The notes beneath the pieces were generated by a model, which saw only the letters and a list, made by a program, of their open reading frames with translations, was not told where the DNA came from and made no database searches. This document shows positions 1 to 13,969 of a stretch of DNA of 64,000 bases, in pieces. Positions within the stretch are counted from its first letter, which is position 1; each line of letters starts with the position of its first letter. The translations under genes were made by a program, and so were the position numbers. The stretch comes from Eledone cirrhosa (taxonomy: Eukaryota). The stretch spans positions 59,706,001-59,770,000 of the forward strand of contig OZ024746.1 in the NCBI GenBank assembly GCA_964016885.1, in the 5' to 3' direction.

Positions 1-278
1 GCTTATATGCCAGAGCCTGTTTTGGACAAAACTAAACGATATTGGAGCCGAAAAATCGATTTTGTGTGTGTATCTGTCTGTGTACAAATACTAGGCTCCT
101 TTTAACTTTTGAAGTACTAGGCCGATTTGGCACGTGCTATTGAGGCGACCTCTCATTGGCTAGCCAATTAGCTGACATAAGCTGACATGCACTCAGAAAT
201 TGCTAGCTAAGCCATAAACGACCTTGAAGAATTCAGGCTGTCATTCATTTCCCGAGCAACGCCGGGTACATCTGCTAG
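1..278 (+). mobile_element. Helitron 3' terminus (element runs off window start)
   Basis: Subterminal hairpin CCCGAGCAACGCCGGG (251-266), 8 nt, then CTAG (275-278) followed by T. The same hairpin+CTAG end occurs at 56837-56864. Confidence 0.65.
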
Positions 279-412
279 TTATATATATATATATATTACA
301 TAGAAACAATTATATATATATATTAGCTATTATATATATATATTACATATATTGTATATTCCATAGTATCTTTCTCTACATTTCTCCATGTGGCTATAGT
401 TTTTCAATACAC

Positions 413-864
<452 letters not shown>

Positions 865-1158
865 ATTTAAGCACTTAAGCACTCACAAGGCAACATTCAG
901 TTTTTTTATTCCTGTGAAAATATTCCTTTTTATCTTTACAGTTCGATTGTCAATATTAATGAAAGAGCGAAAGAAACTAAAAAACCAAGGGAAGTTGGTG
1001 ATGGTTGCTGAGGTATATGTAAAGCCCTGAACTACATAACCCTAAACATAAAGCTATAGCGCACTCATATTAAAGGTTTTTAATGATATCATCAGAAACT
1101 ACATGGAAATGTGTAATAACACGTATTGAACTATGAGTACCAGTCTGTATACAATTAT

Positions 1159-1340
1159 GGCAGTATCGGTAGAGAGTCGGACACCATGCTTTGACGCATA
1201 GAGTTACGGCCCTTGCCATTCTGATTTCAAATTCCGCCGAGGTTAACTTTGCTTTTCATCCTTACGGGGTCGATAAAATAAAGTACCAGTAATACACTGA
1301 GTAATTGCTGCCCTTGTGCCAAAAGTAGAAACAATTATTA
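1159..1340 (+). mobile_element. tRNA-derived SINE, family 1 (Meta/MESC-like core)
   Basis: A-box-like TGGCAGTATCGGTAGAG, B-box-like GATTTCAAATTCC, core TTTCATCCTTACGGGGTCGATAAAATAAAGTACCAG, tail CTTGTGCCAAAAGTAGAAACAATTATTA. Many copies in window; core-domain name is from recall. Confidence 0.85.
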
Positions 1341-1356
1341 CTCTGAAATCAAACGT

Positions 1357-1590
1357 GGGAGTTATCTGCCTTCCAGTAGACGTGGTAATGAAATATGTCA
1401 ATATATGTAGACCCAGGTGGATAATAAAACACCTGGGAGATATCTGCCCTCCAGTAGATGTGGTAATGAACTACATCAATATATATAGACCCAGGTCGAA
1501 AACAAAACACCTGGAAGGTACCTGCCCTCCAGTAGACGTGGTAATGAAATATGTCAATATATGTAGACCCAGGTGGAAAATAAAACTTGA
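1357..1590. repeat. Three tandem copies of a 78-bp unit
   Basis: CTGCCyTCCAGTAGAyGTGGTAATGAA recurs at 1366, 1444 and 1522. Confidence 0.9.
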
Positions 1591-1659
1591 GTAGAAGAGG
1601 ACGAAGACATAGAATCAAACATTGTAAATACCACCATAAGATGTAAGGTGAATAATGGT

Positions 1660-1802
1660 TTCTTATATAGGCACAAGGCCGGGATAAGGATGAAAGGCAA
1701 AGTTAATCTCGGCAGGATTTGAACTCAGATCATAAAGCACCGTAACTTGATGCTGCAAAGCATGGCGTCCGACCCTCTACTGAAACTGTCAATTCACCGC
1801 CC
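1660..1802 (-). mobile_element. SINE family 1 copy, partly deleted
   Basis: AAGGATGAAAGGCAAAGTTAATCTCGGCAGGATTTGAACTCAG is the reverse complement of the family head/core. Confidence 0.8.
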
Positions 1803-2894
1803 TGTGTAAGGTGAATATAGTATTAGAGTATTATAGTATTTTCGCCTTTGTTAGTTCCCATTATAGATCTGGTCTGACGTTGTTTCTCTTTAGTGAAATT
1901 TGAAATATCGAACTCAATGATTTTTTAGAATTCTCCTAAATACTTTTTAAAGCAAGTCAAACAAAATAGCGGTGTGTGTCTGATAGACGAATGACTCTGG
2001 AGGAAAGAATTTTAGCCAAGGGGAGAATTGTTAGCCAATTCAAACTGAAGAAAATAATATACATTTTGTATTAACAAATGAAATATCAATATACCAAACT
2101 ATAGTGTGCATAATGTATATATATGTCAAATAAAATACCAATATATACATCGATTATGTTGGTCCCAAGTTAAAAGTTCACAAAAACAGTTTGTGTTAAC
2201 GAATAGTTTTAGAAATTAACCTTTTAACAGTATGATGCAGTAAAAATTACTAGACGACAATTCAAAACGATGAGGAGTAAAGGAAACCTGGCATTGCAAG
2301 GGCGGAACGAAACCTGGAAACCACTGTGATAGACACACATACAACTTGCTAATATATACAGCAAATATATACAGCAAATACATACAGCTAATAGATACAG
2401 CAAGTGTTTTAAGGTCATTTTACCTGTTAAAGCAGGTGCTTAATTTGTAGGTCCCATGCCAGGCTTAGTTATACATATGTGAAGGTCATTTTGAGGCAAT
2501 ATTTTACAGCCGGGTGCTCTTCATGGTATCTAACAACACGCATGGATACGATGTACCTTATTCTAAATTAAAACATTGAATGGGATGCTACACTCTCGAA
2601 TAAATGCCTTTAGAGCTCCAGTATTAACCACAGTGTCCCTTGTATTCCACAAAGTATATCCGGGGGATGGAAAAAAACAATATCTTTGCAAAATATTCCT
2701 GAGTCTGTGTCTGTGTGTATATGTGTGTCTGTATTTGTGTATATCTCCATGTATATATAAGTGTCAGTGGATGTTGGAGTGTATATTTGTATATATATGA
2801 GTAGGTTTGTATATATATGAGTAGGTTTGTATGTCGGTGTGTATGTTTGTACATGTGTATATACGTGTCTACGCGTAATCTTGCCTGTGTACTT

Positions 2895-3110
2895 ATGTTG
2901 TTTCCTTGAGCAAGACACTTTATTTCACGTTGCTCCAGTTTACTCAGCTGAAAACGAGTACCAGCAATAGCTGGGGGTTTAACCCTGTGATGGACTGGCG
3001 TCCTGCCCAGGGGGGTCTTGTACTCTCAGTCGCTTCACGCCATGAAACTGGGATAAGCACCGGCCAAATGAGCCTTCTGGCTTAAGACAGACTTTAGACT
3101 TTTAGACCTT
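2895..3110 (+). mobile_element. SINE-like repeat, family 2
   Basis: CCTTGAGCAAGACACTTTATTTCACGTTGCTCCA also occurs at 48930; AACCCTGTGATGGACTGGCGTCCTGCCCAGG body; (GACTTTA) tandem tail. Confidence 0.65.
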
Positions 3111-3154
3111 AGTATATATATATACATATATATATATATATGTGCGTGCGTGCA

Positions 3155-3243
<89 letters not shown>

Positions 3244-3523
3244 CTGATAGTGAATATGTCTCGGTTTGTCTGTGTGTATGTCTGTAATAAAAAAAAACAT
3301 CATCTGTCTCATAAGTTCACATTCCAGAAAATTCTTCAACTTAAACATTCTACTTGAAAAAACAAATGTATATACTTCACCGCTGTGAAGGGTGTGTTTA
3401 ACATCATCTTCACTCGTGTGTAAATACATATATATATGTGTGTGTGTGTGTGTATGTATGTGTGTGCGTCTGTGTATGCATGTATGTATGTATTATGTAC
3501 ATATATATGTATGTACGTATATA

Positions 3524-3603
<80 letters not shown>

Positions 3604-4055
3604 AGTATATATATATGAGGGAGTATGTATGTAAGTATATATATGTATGAGGGAGCTTATAGATAGGACAACACACGGTGTCTTTTCGTGGGGTAAGTTT
3701 TTAATTAATTTTTGTATTCTGAAACATTAAAACACAACAATTTTTTGTTCCCTGGACTCGGGAATGTCACGACAGAAGTTGATGGAAGTTACACAAATAT
3801 TTTAGTATATTTTACCAGAGCAATCCTTATTTATATTTTACATTTTATATTTACTTACATCTCAATATAACATGGCTAAAATTCAAATTTTGCAAAGAGA
3901 AGAAAACGGACAAATGAACTAGATACATCTCACTGTCCCCCGCCACCACAATAACGTCTACACTCTCTCCTCGCCATCACATGTCATTACCCTATCTAGA
4001 CTAAAGTCATCGACCTGTTGTCAAACTCTCTACTCTGTGTTGAATGTGTATATAT

Positions 4056-5016
4056 ATATATACAAATGAATATATGATAAACACTAATACAAGTATATAA
4101 GTGTTTGTATTGCAAATTACCAAGTTAGCTAGATTGAAAAATACTAATTAAATTAATACAGTTTGCCTGTCTCGATTTAAAATAATAAATCAATAAAAAC
4201 AAACCCATATTGGCAATAGCCGTGATACCTGGACAAATTTAAATTTCAAAACTCAAATCTGTTTCGCAACAATAAGTGAAAATTCCATTTCTGTGCTCAG
4301 CTGAAGGTATCCAGAAATTGATATGTTTCACTTCAAAATACTTAGGAAGACTGAGAGAAATGTGTTGTTGAACGCACATGTTTCCCAGCGTCTAGCCAGT
4401 CCTATACTCGAGCCAGTCATATACTTGTATTAGTGTTTATCATATATTCATTTGTATTTCACGGCTCAGAAATATTTCTTTGAGCTATTTAATTGTAAAA
4501 GACTGTTTGAGTTTATAACTCTATATGTTTTCTCGGCTCCATGTGTTGAGCTAAATTTTTTAGTCCCATAAAACTGGCTGCTATTTCTGGCGGCACGAGT
4601 ATAGGACTGGCTAGACGCTGGGAAACATGTGCGTTCAACAACACATTTCTCTCAGTCTTCCTAAGTATTTTGAAGTGAAACATACCAATTTCTGGATACC
4701 TGCAGCTGAGCACAGAAATGGAATTTTCACTTATTGTTGCGAAACAGATTTGAGTTATAAAATTTAAATTTGTCCAGGTATCACGGCTATTGCCAATATG
4801 GGTTTGTTTTTATTGATTTATTATTTTAAATCGAGACAGGCAAACTGTATTAATTTAATTAGTATTTTTTCAATCTAGCTAACTTGGTCATTTGCAATAC
4901 AAACACTTATATACTTGTATTAGTGTTTATCATATATTCATTTGTATTTCACGGCTCAGAAATATTTCTTTGAGCTATTTAATTGTAAAAGACTGTTTGA
5001 GTTTATAACTCTATAT
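4056..5016. mobile_element. (TA)n-flanked element with ~350-bp inverted arm plus ~110-bp direct terminal repeat (Penelope pseudo-LTR-like layout)
   Basis: 4060-4410 is the reverse complement of ~4596-4947; ~4420-4526 is directly repeated at ~4909-5016; both ends abut (TA)n. Confidence 0.7.
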
Positions 5017-5344
5017 ATAGTATATATATATATATATGTATGTATATGTGTGTATATACATCACTCAGTCAAACGACCAGATTTCAACCCCAACATCTAC
5101 AACAACAACACCGGCACTAATGTTTACAGCAACAACAGCTTCAGAATTAATTGAAATGAACATTTACAACAACAACAACAGCGGCATTAAAAGATTTTTT
5201 TTTTAAAAAAAACACAAACAAAAAAACTCAAAATAACAAAACACACACACACGCACACAACACAACAACATCAACTGCCACCACCACCACCACTGCCACC
5301 ACCGCCACACCAGCGACCGGGCCTTAAGAAAACAACTTTAATAA

Positions 5345-5495
5345 TAATTTTTCTGCTTTTGGCACGGATCCAGCGACTGGTCCAGCGCATCACTGGTACT
5401 CTCTTTTGTTGACGCCGTGTGGATGAAAGGCAAGGTTGACCTCGGCGGGATTTAAGCTCAGAGCGTGGAGAGCCATAACTCTATGCTGTAAAGCA
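5345..5495 (-). mobile_element. SINE family 1 copy
   Basis: GGATGAAAGGCAAGGTTGACCTCGGCGGGATTTAAGCTCAG. Confidence 0.75.
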
Positions 5496-5599
5496 ATTAT
5501 AATAATACTGGACTGTAATACGAACGGCTTCAACTATACAAACATATTGAAAGTCAACAGTTGACATAATCTTGTAATCTTGTATCAGTAATGACGGTA

Positions 5600-5631
<32 letters not shown>

Positions 5632-6085
5632 AAGTGAGTAGCGTGTGTGTGTTTGTTTGTATGTATGAGTGTTGCTGTGTGCGCGCGTATGTATGCGCGT
5701 GTGTGTATGTCGTACGTATAAGTGTCAATAAGAGTGTTTTTTGTTTTTTTGTTTTTTTGCGGGGGGACATAGAAATAATCGGGCTGGATGCCCGATCGCG
5801 CAGTTAAACCACTGGGAGTGAAGAACTCCTAGCCCTTGTCAGGGCATTCTTCTAGGAGAAGGCATCTCAGGAAACTGAGTTAACTCCGACATAAAACCTG
5901 CGGCTCAGTAGTTACCGATGATGTTGATCTTTTCTTCTTTTCGGGTTATAGCTACTGTCGCTCAGAGAGTGGGATTGGCTCAGTGCACAGTCTTTCCTCA
6001 CTTTAAAAATATTCGGCACACACAGGCATTGCACGAGTGCATTAATAATTATTAATAGTGTACTATTATTATTATTATTATTATT

Positions 6086-8110
6086 ATTGTTACTCCTTGA
6101 ATCTCAGTCATTGGTGTTGGTTAACTGGAAAGTCCGTTGGATTGAATATCAAGCCACTACCTGCAGCCTCAGATATTCAGGACGTATCGGAGGGTTCTTG
6201 CCGTTCCAAGCAAGCATGCCTTTTGAAGCGTTCCAAAAAGCGTGAAGGGGCCGATTTTCTTTAACCATCCCTGGAAACCTTTGGAGATAGTCCCCAGTGC
6301 GCCTATGACAATCGGGATCACTTTGACTTCATGGCAGTTCCAAATCCTTTTCACCTCCCACTTTAGGTCCTGGTATCGGTTAATTTTCTCCCTCTCCTTC
6401 TCTTGCACTCTCGTGTCGAACGGGCAGGCCACATCCACAATCAGGCACGATCTTTTTTCTTTGTCCACAACCACCAGGTCAGGTCTATTGTGTTCCAGTT
6501 TTTTGTCCGTCTGTATCCTAAAATCCCACAGCACCTTCACCTGACTGTTCTCCATCACCGCCTCTGGCCTATGCTCATACCATTTCTCAGAATGTGGTAG
6601 ATTGTTTACTTTGCACAGGTGCCAGTGGATCACCCTGCCCATCACATCGTGTCTCCAGCCCTTATAGTGGGTCTGGGCTAGGTGTTTACACTCGGACACA
6701 ATGTGAGCCACAGTCTCCTCTCTCTCTCCACAGATCCTGCACAGTGGGCTAGCCTCCTCCTTGTAGATATGGTGCTTCAACCACTTCGTTTTGAGGGCCT
6801 GCTCCTGCGCAGCCATTAGCATTCCTTCTGTAGCCTTTTTGAGGTCTCCTCTTCTCAACCAGTTCCATGTCTGTGGATCTCTAAATTCAGTTTTCTCAAA
6901 GAAGGTACTATGAAGGGATTTTCCCTTAAGGCTGCTCTTCCTCCTTGATGTTATTTCCTCCTTGGGTATCCCCTGGCCTACTGTCCCCTCCTTCAGTACA
7001 GCTCTGAGCATTGGCTCCTTACTATAGGTCACGTATTTGTATAGGTTGTTTTTCTCCATCTGAACACAGTCCTCTATGCTGATAAGACCTCTTCCACCCT
7101 CAGATCTCCTTAGGTAGAGTCTATCGACATCACTCCTCTTGTGGAACATGTTGTAGATAGTCAATAGCTTCCTAGTCTTCCTATCCATTTCTTTTTGTTC
7201 AGCAACATTCCATCTCAGAATTCCCGCACTGTACCTAATAATAGACACAGCTCGGGAATTTACTGCGCTTATGGCATTTCTGCTGTTCAGATGTGACTTC
7301 AATACGCTCCTTACTCTCCGAATGTATTCAGTTCTTAACAATTCCTTCATTTTTTTGTTCTTTATGCCATCAGCCTCCAGAACGCCCAAATACTTGTATC
7401 CTTCCTCAGAGTCAATTTCCTTTATCATCTCACCTGTTGGTATCTGGATCCCGTTACTTCTGCTCAACCTACCCCTCCTCATCACAATGACTCCACATTT
7501 ACCAATACCAAACTGCATACATATATCACTGCTGAAAATACGGACAGTGTCAACAAGCACATCCAACTCCTTCTCACTTTTCCCGAAGAGCTTAAGATCG
7601 TCCATGAAGAGGAGGTGATTGATGGTAAGCTCTCCCCTTCCCAACTTGTATCCTGCTCTCACTTTTCGCAGCATAATGGTCAAGGGCATCAGGGCAAGGA
7701 CAAACAACAGAGGGGACAGGCTATCTCCCTGGAAGATACCTCTCTTGATCTTCACGCTTCCCAAGGATACTCCAGTTGATGTCAACTCTGTCTCCCAGGA
7801 CCCCATACTCCTGCCCAGCAACTGTCTGATGTTATCTGCCACCCTGAAGATCTCCAGGCTTTTGGTGATCCAGGAATGAGGCACCATGTCAAATGCCTTT
7901 CTGTAGTCTATCCATCCCATGGCAAGATCAGTGTGTCTCCTCCTGCAATTCCCCATTACCATCTTATCAATAAGCAACTGGTCCTTTGTACCACGTGACT
8001 TCTTTCGGCATCCTTTCTGTTCGTCCGGCAACAAGTTGTTTGTGTGGAGGTGATGGTAGATTTCCTCAGACACAATGCTCGTCAACAGTTTCCACATTAC
8101 GGGCAGACAT
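6086..8110 (-). mobile_element. 5'-truncated Dong/R4-clade (RLE) non-LTR retrotransposon in a (TAA)n tract
   Basis: RT + CCHC + PD-(D/E)xK ORF; short 3'UTR ending in (TAA)n; (TAA)n also at the 5' junction. Confidence 0.9.
6169..8097 (-). CDS. RT / zinc knuckle / restriction-like endonuclease polyprotein, 5'-truncated, 642 aa open
   Basis: [33 protein letters not shown]; [14 protein letters not shown]; RHD; [26 protein letters not shown]. Confidence 0.9.
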   Translation of the reverse strand: MWKLLTSIVSEEIYHHLHTNNLLPDEQKGCRKKSRGTKDQLLIDKMVMGNCRRRHTDLAMGWIDYRKAFDMVPHSWITKSLEIFRVADNIRQLLGRSMGSWETELTSTGVSLGSVKIKRGIFQGDSLSPLLFVLALMPLTIMLRKVRAGYKLGRGELTINHLLFMDDLKLFGKSEKELDVLVDTVRIFSSDICMQFGIGKCGVIVMRRGRLSRSNGIQIPTGEMIKEIDSEEGYKYLGVLEADGIKNKKMKELLRTEYIRRVRSVLKSHLNSRNAISAVNSRAVSIIRYSAGILRWNVAEQKEMDRKTRKLLTIYNMFHKRSDVDRLYLRRSEGGRGLISIEDCVQMEKNNLYKYVTYSKEPMLRAVLKEGTVGQGIPKEEITSRRKSSLKGKSLHSTFFEKTEFRDPQTWNWLRRGDLKKATEGMLMAAQEQALKTKWLKHHIYKEEASPLCRICGEREETVAHIVSECKHLAQTHYKGWRHDVMGRVIHWHLCKVNNLPHSEKWYEHRPEAVMENSQVKVLWDFRIQTDKKLEHNRPDLVVVDKEKRSCLIVDVACPFDTRVQEKEREKINRYQDLKWEVKRIWNCHEVKVIPIVIGALGTISKGFQGWLKKIGPFTLFGTLQKACLLGTARTLRYVLNI

Positions 8111-8187
8111 TGTTACTATTATTATTATTATTATTATTGTTACTATTATTATTACTTTTTTTTTTTTTTTTTTTTTTTTCAAATTCA

Positions 8188-11100
8188 ATGATGTTCCAGA
8201 ACAATATAAAAGAGATAATTGGCAATTTAGGTTCTGGAACAAAAAAGATAATTGGCAATAAGGGCAGGGGCCCCAGGTTATCACAGCCTGGGCCCGTTCG
8301 TCATCGTGCCATTGTAATAGAACCAAACAAGGCATTTAGTCTTGGCTGCTGGAACGTACGGACGTTGCTTGACAGGGATTCCTTGGAGCGTCCTGAACGA
8401 AGGACCGCTCTTGTTGCAAAGGAGATTCGACGTTACGATCTTGACATCGTGGCTTTATCTGAGACGAGGTTAGCTGGAGATGGTCATCTTACAGAATTTT
8501 GTGGAGAATATACATTCTTCTGGAAAGGAAGAGATGAAGGAACCAGAAGAGAGGCTGGGGTAGGATTTGCTGTTAAGACTGTACTTGTGAATAAATTAGA
8601 AGAATTCCCAGTAAGGATTAGTGAGCGTCTTATGTCCATGAGAATTCCGCTGGACAAAGGAAGATATGCGACCCTGGTCAGTGTGTATGCTCCAACTATG
8701 AATTCTGTCGATGAAGAAAAAGTGTCCTTTTACCATGCCTTGAAAGGTGTTTTAAGAAATATCCCTCAGGCAGACAAATTCATCGTGCTTGGTGACTTTA
8801 ATGCTAGAGTGGGTAGGGATTTTAACACATGGAATGTAATCGGAAGGCATGGGGTGGGAAAGTGTAACAACAATGGTATGCTCCTGCTGCAGATGTGTGA
8901 GGAGCTGGATCTGTGTGTTACCAACACCATGTTCCAACAAAAGAACAAATTCAAGACCACATGGATGCATCATGCATCTAAGGAATGGCATCTTTTGGAC
9001 TACGTCCTAGTCAGGATGCGTGACAGACAGGATGTGCAGTGTGTTCGTGCTCTTCGTGGAGCTGAGTGTTGGACGGACCACCGCCTGGTACGCGCAAAAG
9101 TGAAACTAATCACTAAACGTAAAATCCGGGCTCCTGGTGTTGCCCTGCCCAAAAGATTGAATGCTGCTCGTCTTAAGGATAAAAATGTGAAGAGGACATT
9201 GGAAGAAGAGATGCAGGCTGCAGATCTTGGTGAGGATTGGCCGAGCCTTAAAAGGTCGGTTTATGATGTAGGCAGGCGTGTTCTGGGATTGGTGCAGAGA
9301 AAACATCAGGACTGGTTTAATGAGAATGATGTACATATAGAAGACTTGTTGGCTGATAAGAGGCGTGCTCTGTCACGCTACTTGACGGCAAAACCACAGG
9401 AGAGGAATACGTTGCATGAGGAACTCAAGGATGTAAAATCACGTGTTAGGCGGAGTCTTTCTCAGATGAAGGATCAGTGGTGGAGTGAGAAGGCTGGTGA
9501 GATACAAACTGCGTCAGATTCCAATAACACAAAGCTGTTGTAGTCTCTTGCGTGAGGTTTATGGACCGTCTTCTTCTCTGGTGACACCGCTTCGCAGCAA
9601 GGATGGCAAAGAACTTCTTCGTGACTCACAAGGAATTCTACGAATGATGATCTTTTGAATCAGCCGTCTGGCGTCAGTGAAGATTTCCTCAATCTCATTC
9701 CAGAAAGTCCTGTGAAAGTAGCTCTCGCAGAACCTCTAACGCTTGTGGAGGTTGCAGTGGCTATTTCGAAGCTGAAGAGTGGAAGATCTCCAGGTATGGA
9801 TGGCATACATGCTGAGCTCCTACAATATGGTGGTGAGAGACTCCTGCAACATCTTCACTCTTTGTCTAGCAGGATATGAGCTAATGAATCCGTACCTGAG
9901 GACTGGAGAGATGCAGTAATGGTGGTCTTGTACAAGGGAAAGGGTAACAGGAATGATTGTGGGAACTACAGAGGTATATCATTGCTTTCTGTCATAGGGA
10001 AAGTTTTATGTAGGGTGCTTCTGGACCGTCTGCTGACACACATTGCAGATTGTGTTCTTCCTGAAAGTCAATCTGGTTTTCGTGCTGGACGCGGCACTAC
10101 TGATTTGGTCTTCTCAGCTAGACAGTTCCAAAAGTGCATGGAACAAGGCTTGGATCTGTATCAGGTTTTTGTCGATCTGACAAAAGCTTTTGATACTGTT
10201 AACAGAGATGCATTATGGAAGGTTCTCCAGAAACTTGGTTGCCCTGATAAGTTCCTTGCTTTAGTTAGGTCTTTCCATGACGACATGAAGGCTTGGGTTA
10301 ATGTCGGAGGTAACATGTCGGAGCCTATCTCAGTGAAAAAAATGGAGTGAAACAGGAGGATATTCCAGCACCGACCCTATTTGCCATATACTTTGCAATG
10401 GTTTTCTGTATTGCATTCAGGAATTGCAAGCATAGTGTTTACATCCGATATCGAACCTCAGGCAGCATATTTAACATCAGGCGCTTTGCTGCAAAGACAA
10501 AAGTATTTACATCAATCATAAGAGACCTCTTGTATGCAGATGATTGCGATCTTGTAGCGCACACAGAGTGATATGCAGCACATTTTGAATACATTTTCTG
10601 ACCCTTGCACTGCCCTAGGATTGACTGTCAGTCTCAAGAAAACCGTCGTCATGTACCAACCTGCCCCTGGTAAGCAGTACACTGAACCAAACATCTATGT
10701 GTATGGTAAACGACTTGGAGTGGTTGATCAGTTTGTCTACCTGGGAAGCACTGTCAATCGATACAGCAACCTTGACAGTGAAATCTCACTTAGGATTAGG
10801 AAAGCAAGTGATGCTTTCGGAAAGCTAGAAAGGCGACTCTGGGGGTCGGCGAGACATATTCAGGAGGACAAAGGTAAAGGTGTACAGGGCATGTGTGCTC
10901 TCTTGTCTTCTTTATGCCTGCGAGACCTGGGTCACATATCGACACCACCTTAAGCAATTGGAGCGTTTCCATCAGATGTGTCTCAGACGGATCCATGGCG
11001 TTCACTTGAGGGACCACATCAGTGATGTCAAGATTTTGGAAAGCTCCATGTGTGACAGTATAGAAGCTCTTGTGCTTAAGCAACGACTCCGTTGGAGTGG

Positions 11101-11713
11101 TCATCTTGCCAGGATGAAGGATTCTAGAATACCAAAACAACTCTTTTATGGAGAGTTGGTTAAAGGAAAACGACTGCCACATAAACCAAAAAAGAGGTAT
11201 AAGGATTCCTTGAAAGCCTCTCTGAAAGACGCTAACATCTCTGCTGATACATGGGAAAATATTGCTGCTGATCGTAATAAATGGAGAAAGACTGTATATG
11301 AGGGAAAAGTTGCCTTTGAGGCATCTCGAATCGCATACGAGAAAGTAAAGCGGGATGTGAGGAAGGGCATTGCTGTTGCACTTCCAGACGGCGAGGGTCC
11401 TCCTATGGTGCTGACATGCAGCGTCTGTGCGAGACTCTGCCTAAGCAAAGCTGGACTCGAAAGTCATCTTCGCAGTCATAAAGTAAGACTAGTGGTTGAC
11501 TACCAGGCTGCTGTTGGAGATGTTACTCATCATGCTTGCCAAACATGTGGTAGAGAATGTAAATCAGCAGGAGGGCTCAAGCGACATGCAAAAGTACACG
11601 AACTCCAACCACAGCCGACTATTCCCAGTGAATGTTTTGGTTGCCGACTCTGTGCAAGACATTTTAGATCATTGGCTGGGCTAAAAAGCCACATTCGATC
11701 GCAGCGCTGTTAG
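8188..11713 (+). pseudogene. RTE-clade LINE ORF (APE endonuclease - RT - 3x C2H2 zinc finger), broken by stops and frameshifts
   Basis: CWNVRTL, LSETR, GDFNARVG, LDYVL, TDHRLV; SPGMDGI, NYRGISLLS, QSGFR, VDLTKAFDTV, LLYADD, FVYLGS, LRWSGH; fingers CSVC..H..H, CQTC..H..H, CRLC..H. Split over six ORF-track segments. Confidence 0.93.
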
Positions 11714-11878
11714 TTGCTATTGTGTGTGTGTATAGATATGTTTATGTGTGTGCGTGTATGTGTATATATATATATGTATATGTATATTATTATTGTTGTT
11801 GTTATTATTATTGTTGTTATTATTATTATCATTATTGTTATTAATCTATATGTGTGTGTGTATATATGTGTGTGTGTA

Positions 11879-11947
<69 letters not shown>

Positions 11948-12037
11948 CTTTTTTTATTTTTATTTTATTTTTTATTTATTTATAAACTTTTTTTTTTCTC
12001 CTCGTGCAATGGCCATACTCGATAACGAGGGGGCAGT

Positions 12038-12200
<163 letters not shown>

Positions 12201-12322
12201 TACATTTATATATAGAGAGAGAGAGATAGTAATAATATATATATATAAGAAACATATATATATATGTATATAAACCATAGATATATATGCATATTATAAA
12301 TTACTCGACTTTCTCTACATAC

Positions 12323-12379
<57 letters not shown>

Positions 12380-12601
12380 TGTGTGTGTGTGTGTGTGTGC
12401 GTGTCTGCGTGCGTGTTTGCGTGCATGTAGGCATATGTGTGTTTATGTGTGTATATATATATATATATATGGATCCACGTAAACATAAGTAAAGAAAAAC
12501 AGCTTAATTTTATAAACATAAAATCTACAATATCATACTGACATGGTAGATTCAGCTTTTTACACTCCAACACAAAAATGTTTACGTTTGCATGCCATAA
12601 T

Positions 12602-12656
<55 letters not shown>

Positions 12657-12705
12657 GCATACACACACACACACACATATACATATATATATATATATGT
12701 GTATG

Positions 12706-12753
<48 letters not shown>

Positions 12754-12986
12754 TATACATATATACAGACGTATGGATATATACGTATAGGTACATATGC
12801 GTGTACATGCATACACAAATATCTATATGTTTATGTTTGTATATTATTAAACATGGGTGTATGCATTTGTGTGTATATCTACATAGATATATATGTATAT
12901 CTGTGTGTGTGTTCATGTATGTATATGTGTATATATATTTATGTGTTTGTATATATGTATATATAAGTGGATGTATACATGTAAAC

Positions 12987-13601
12987 ATGGTGGCTGCCAA
13001 CTCGTTTTCGAGTACGGCCACTACTTTATATCCATGTAGGAGAACCCCTACCGATGCGCTGAACGAATGTGACTTTTTAGTCCAGCCAGCGACTTGAAAA
13101 CTCTGGTACAAAGCAAAGACTACACTTGTGACCATTATTGACACATAGTGCAGGGCCCATGGTACCATGTGATGACAAGTGCAGAGAGATCTCCAGATAT
13201 AAAGCAATGCCTGTGCTGTGAAGCTTTTATAGTGAGCAAAGGCACTGCACAAAGCCAGTCCCACTCTCTTAACCAAGATGATATTTACCAAAAAGAAGAA
13301 CAAGTCAACATCATTGGATACCATCAGGGTTGCAGGTGTTATATCAGAGTTTTCCTTCTCCTAGAATTCTGCCTTGACAAAGGCTAAGGGGTCATCTCTC
13401 CCGGTGATTTTGGATGGCTATTGAGTCTTAAGAGCTCCCTTGCCCTTTGACAGGTTTTGTTTTTAGTCCTGCAGGATGTCCAAAGTCACCCTCCTCACCA
13501 AGAAACCTTGGTGGGGTTGCCAGTTTAGTCGCCAACGACCCGACCATGAGACAGGTTGTACTGGGATACATGTTACCAGTAGCACCAACTGGTGACCTGA
13601 C
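12987..13601 (-). mobile_element. Non-autonomous bipartite RTE derivative (5'UTR fused to last zinc finger + 3' end)
   Basis: Minus strand aligns with 5820-6035, then encodes ..VFKSLAGLKSHIRSAHR* (RTE end: FRSLAGLKSHIRSQRC*) and ends TGGCCGTACTCGAAAACGAGTTGGCAGCCACCAT like the RTE terminus. Confidence 0.85.
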
Positions 13602-13969
13602 ATAAACATACATACATACATACATACATACATACATACATACATACATACATACATACATACAGACAGACAAACATATACAGGTTTATATATATCCAAA
13701 TATGTCTTTCCATACAAAGTAGAAATATATATATATAAAAATAAAAGAGTAAAATCGATAACTAATAAAAATTAAAATTAAAATCTTTTCAGTAATAAAA
13801 TCTAATAAATGAATAAACATTTAAATAAAGCAAAATTTGTTTAAATATCTTGAAGAAATTTAATGAAAATAATAATTACAAATAATCGAAGTTTAAAAAT
13901 CGAAAACCAAAATAAAAATTCAAAGCAGCGTGGGAAAGAGTGTTGAGAGTGAGCGGGTGAAAGTATGTG

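Noticed and set aside
4700-4760. Hammerhead in the 4056-5016 element (CTGA GCAC..TGC GAAA CAGATT)
   Set aside because: Core lacks the nGA and there is no UH site; at best a deleted relic.
8044-8187. N-terminal extension of the 499-aa ORF resembling a signal peptide
   Set aside because: Read-through of Dong antisense, (TTA)n and poly-T; the RTE ORF more plausibly starts near 8188 or later.
13480-13601. HDV-like ribozyme at the 5' end of the RTE derivative
   Set aside because: A GGTCACC/GGTGACT pairing is visible, but the nested double pseudoknot could not be built by eye.
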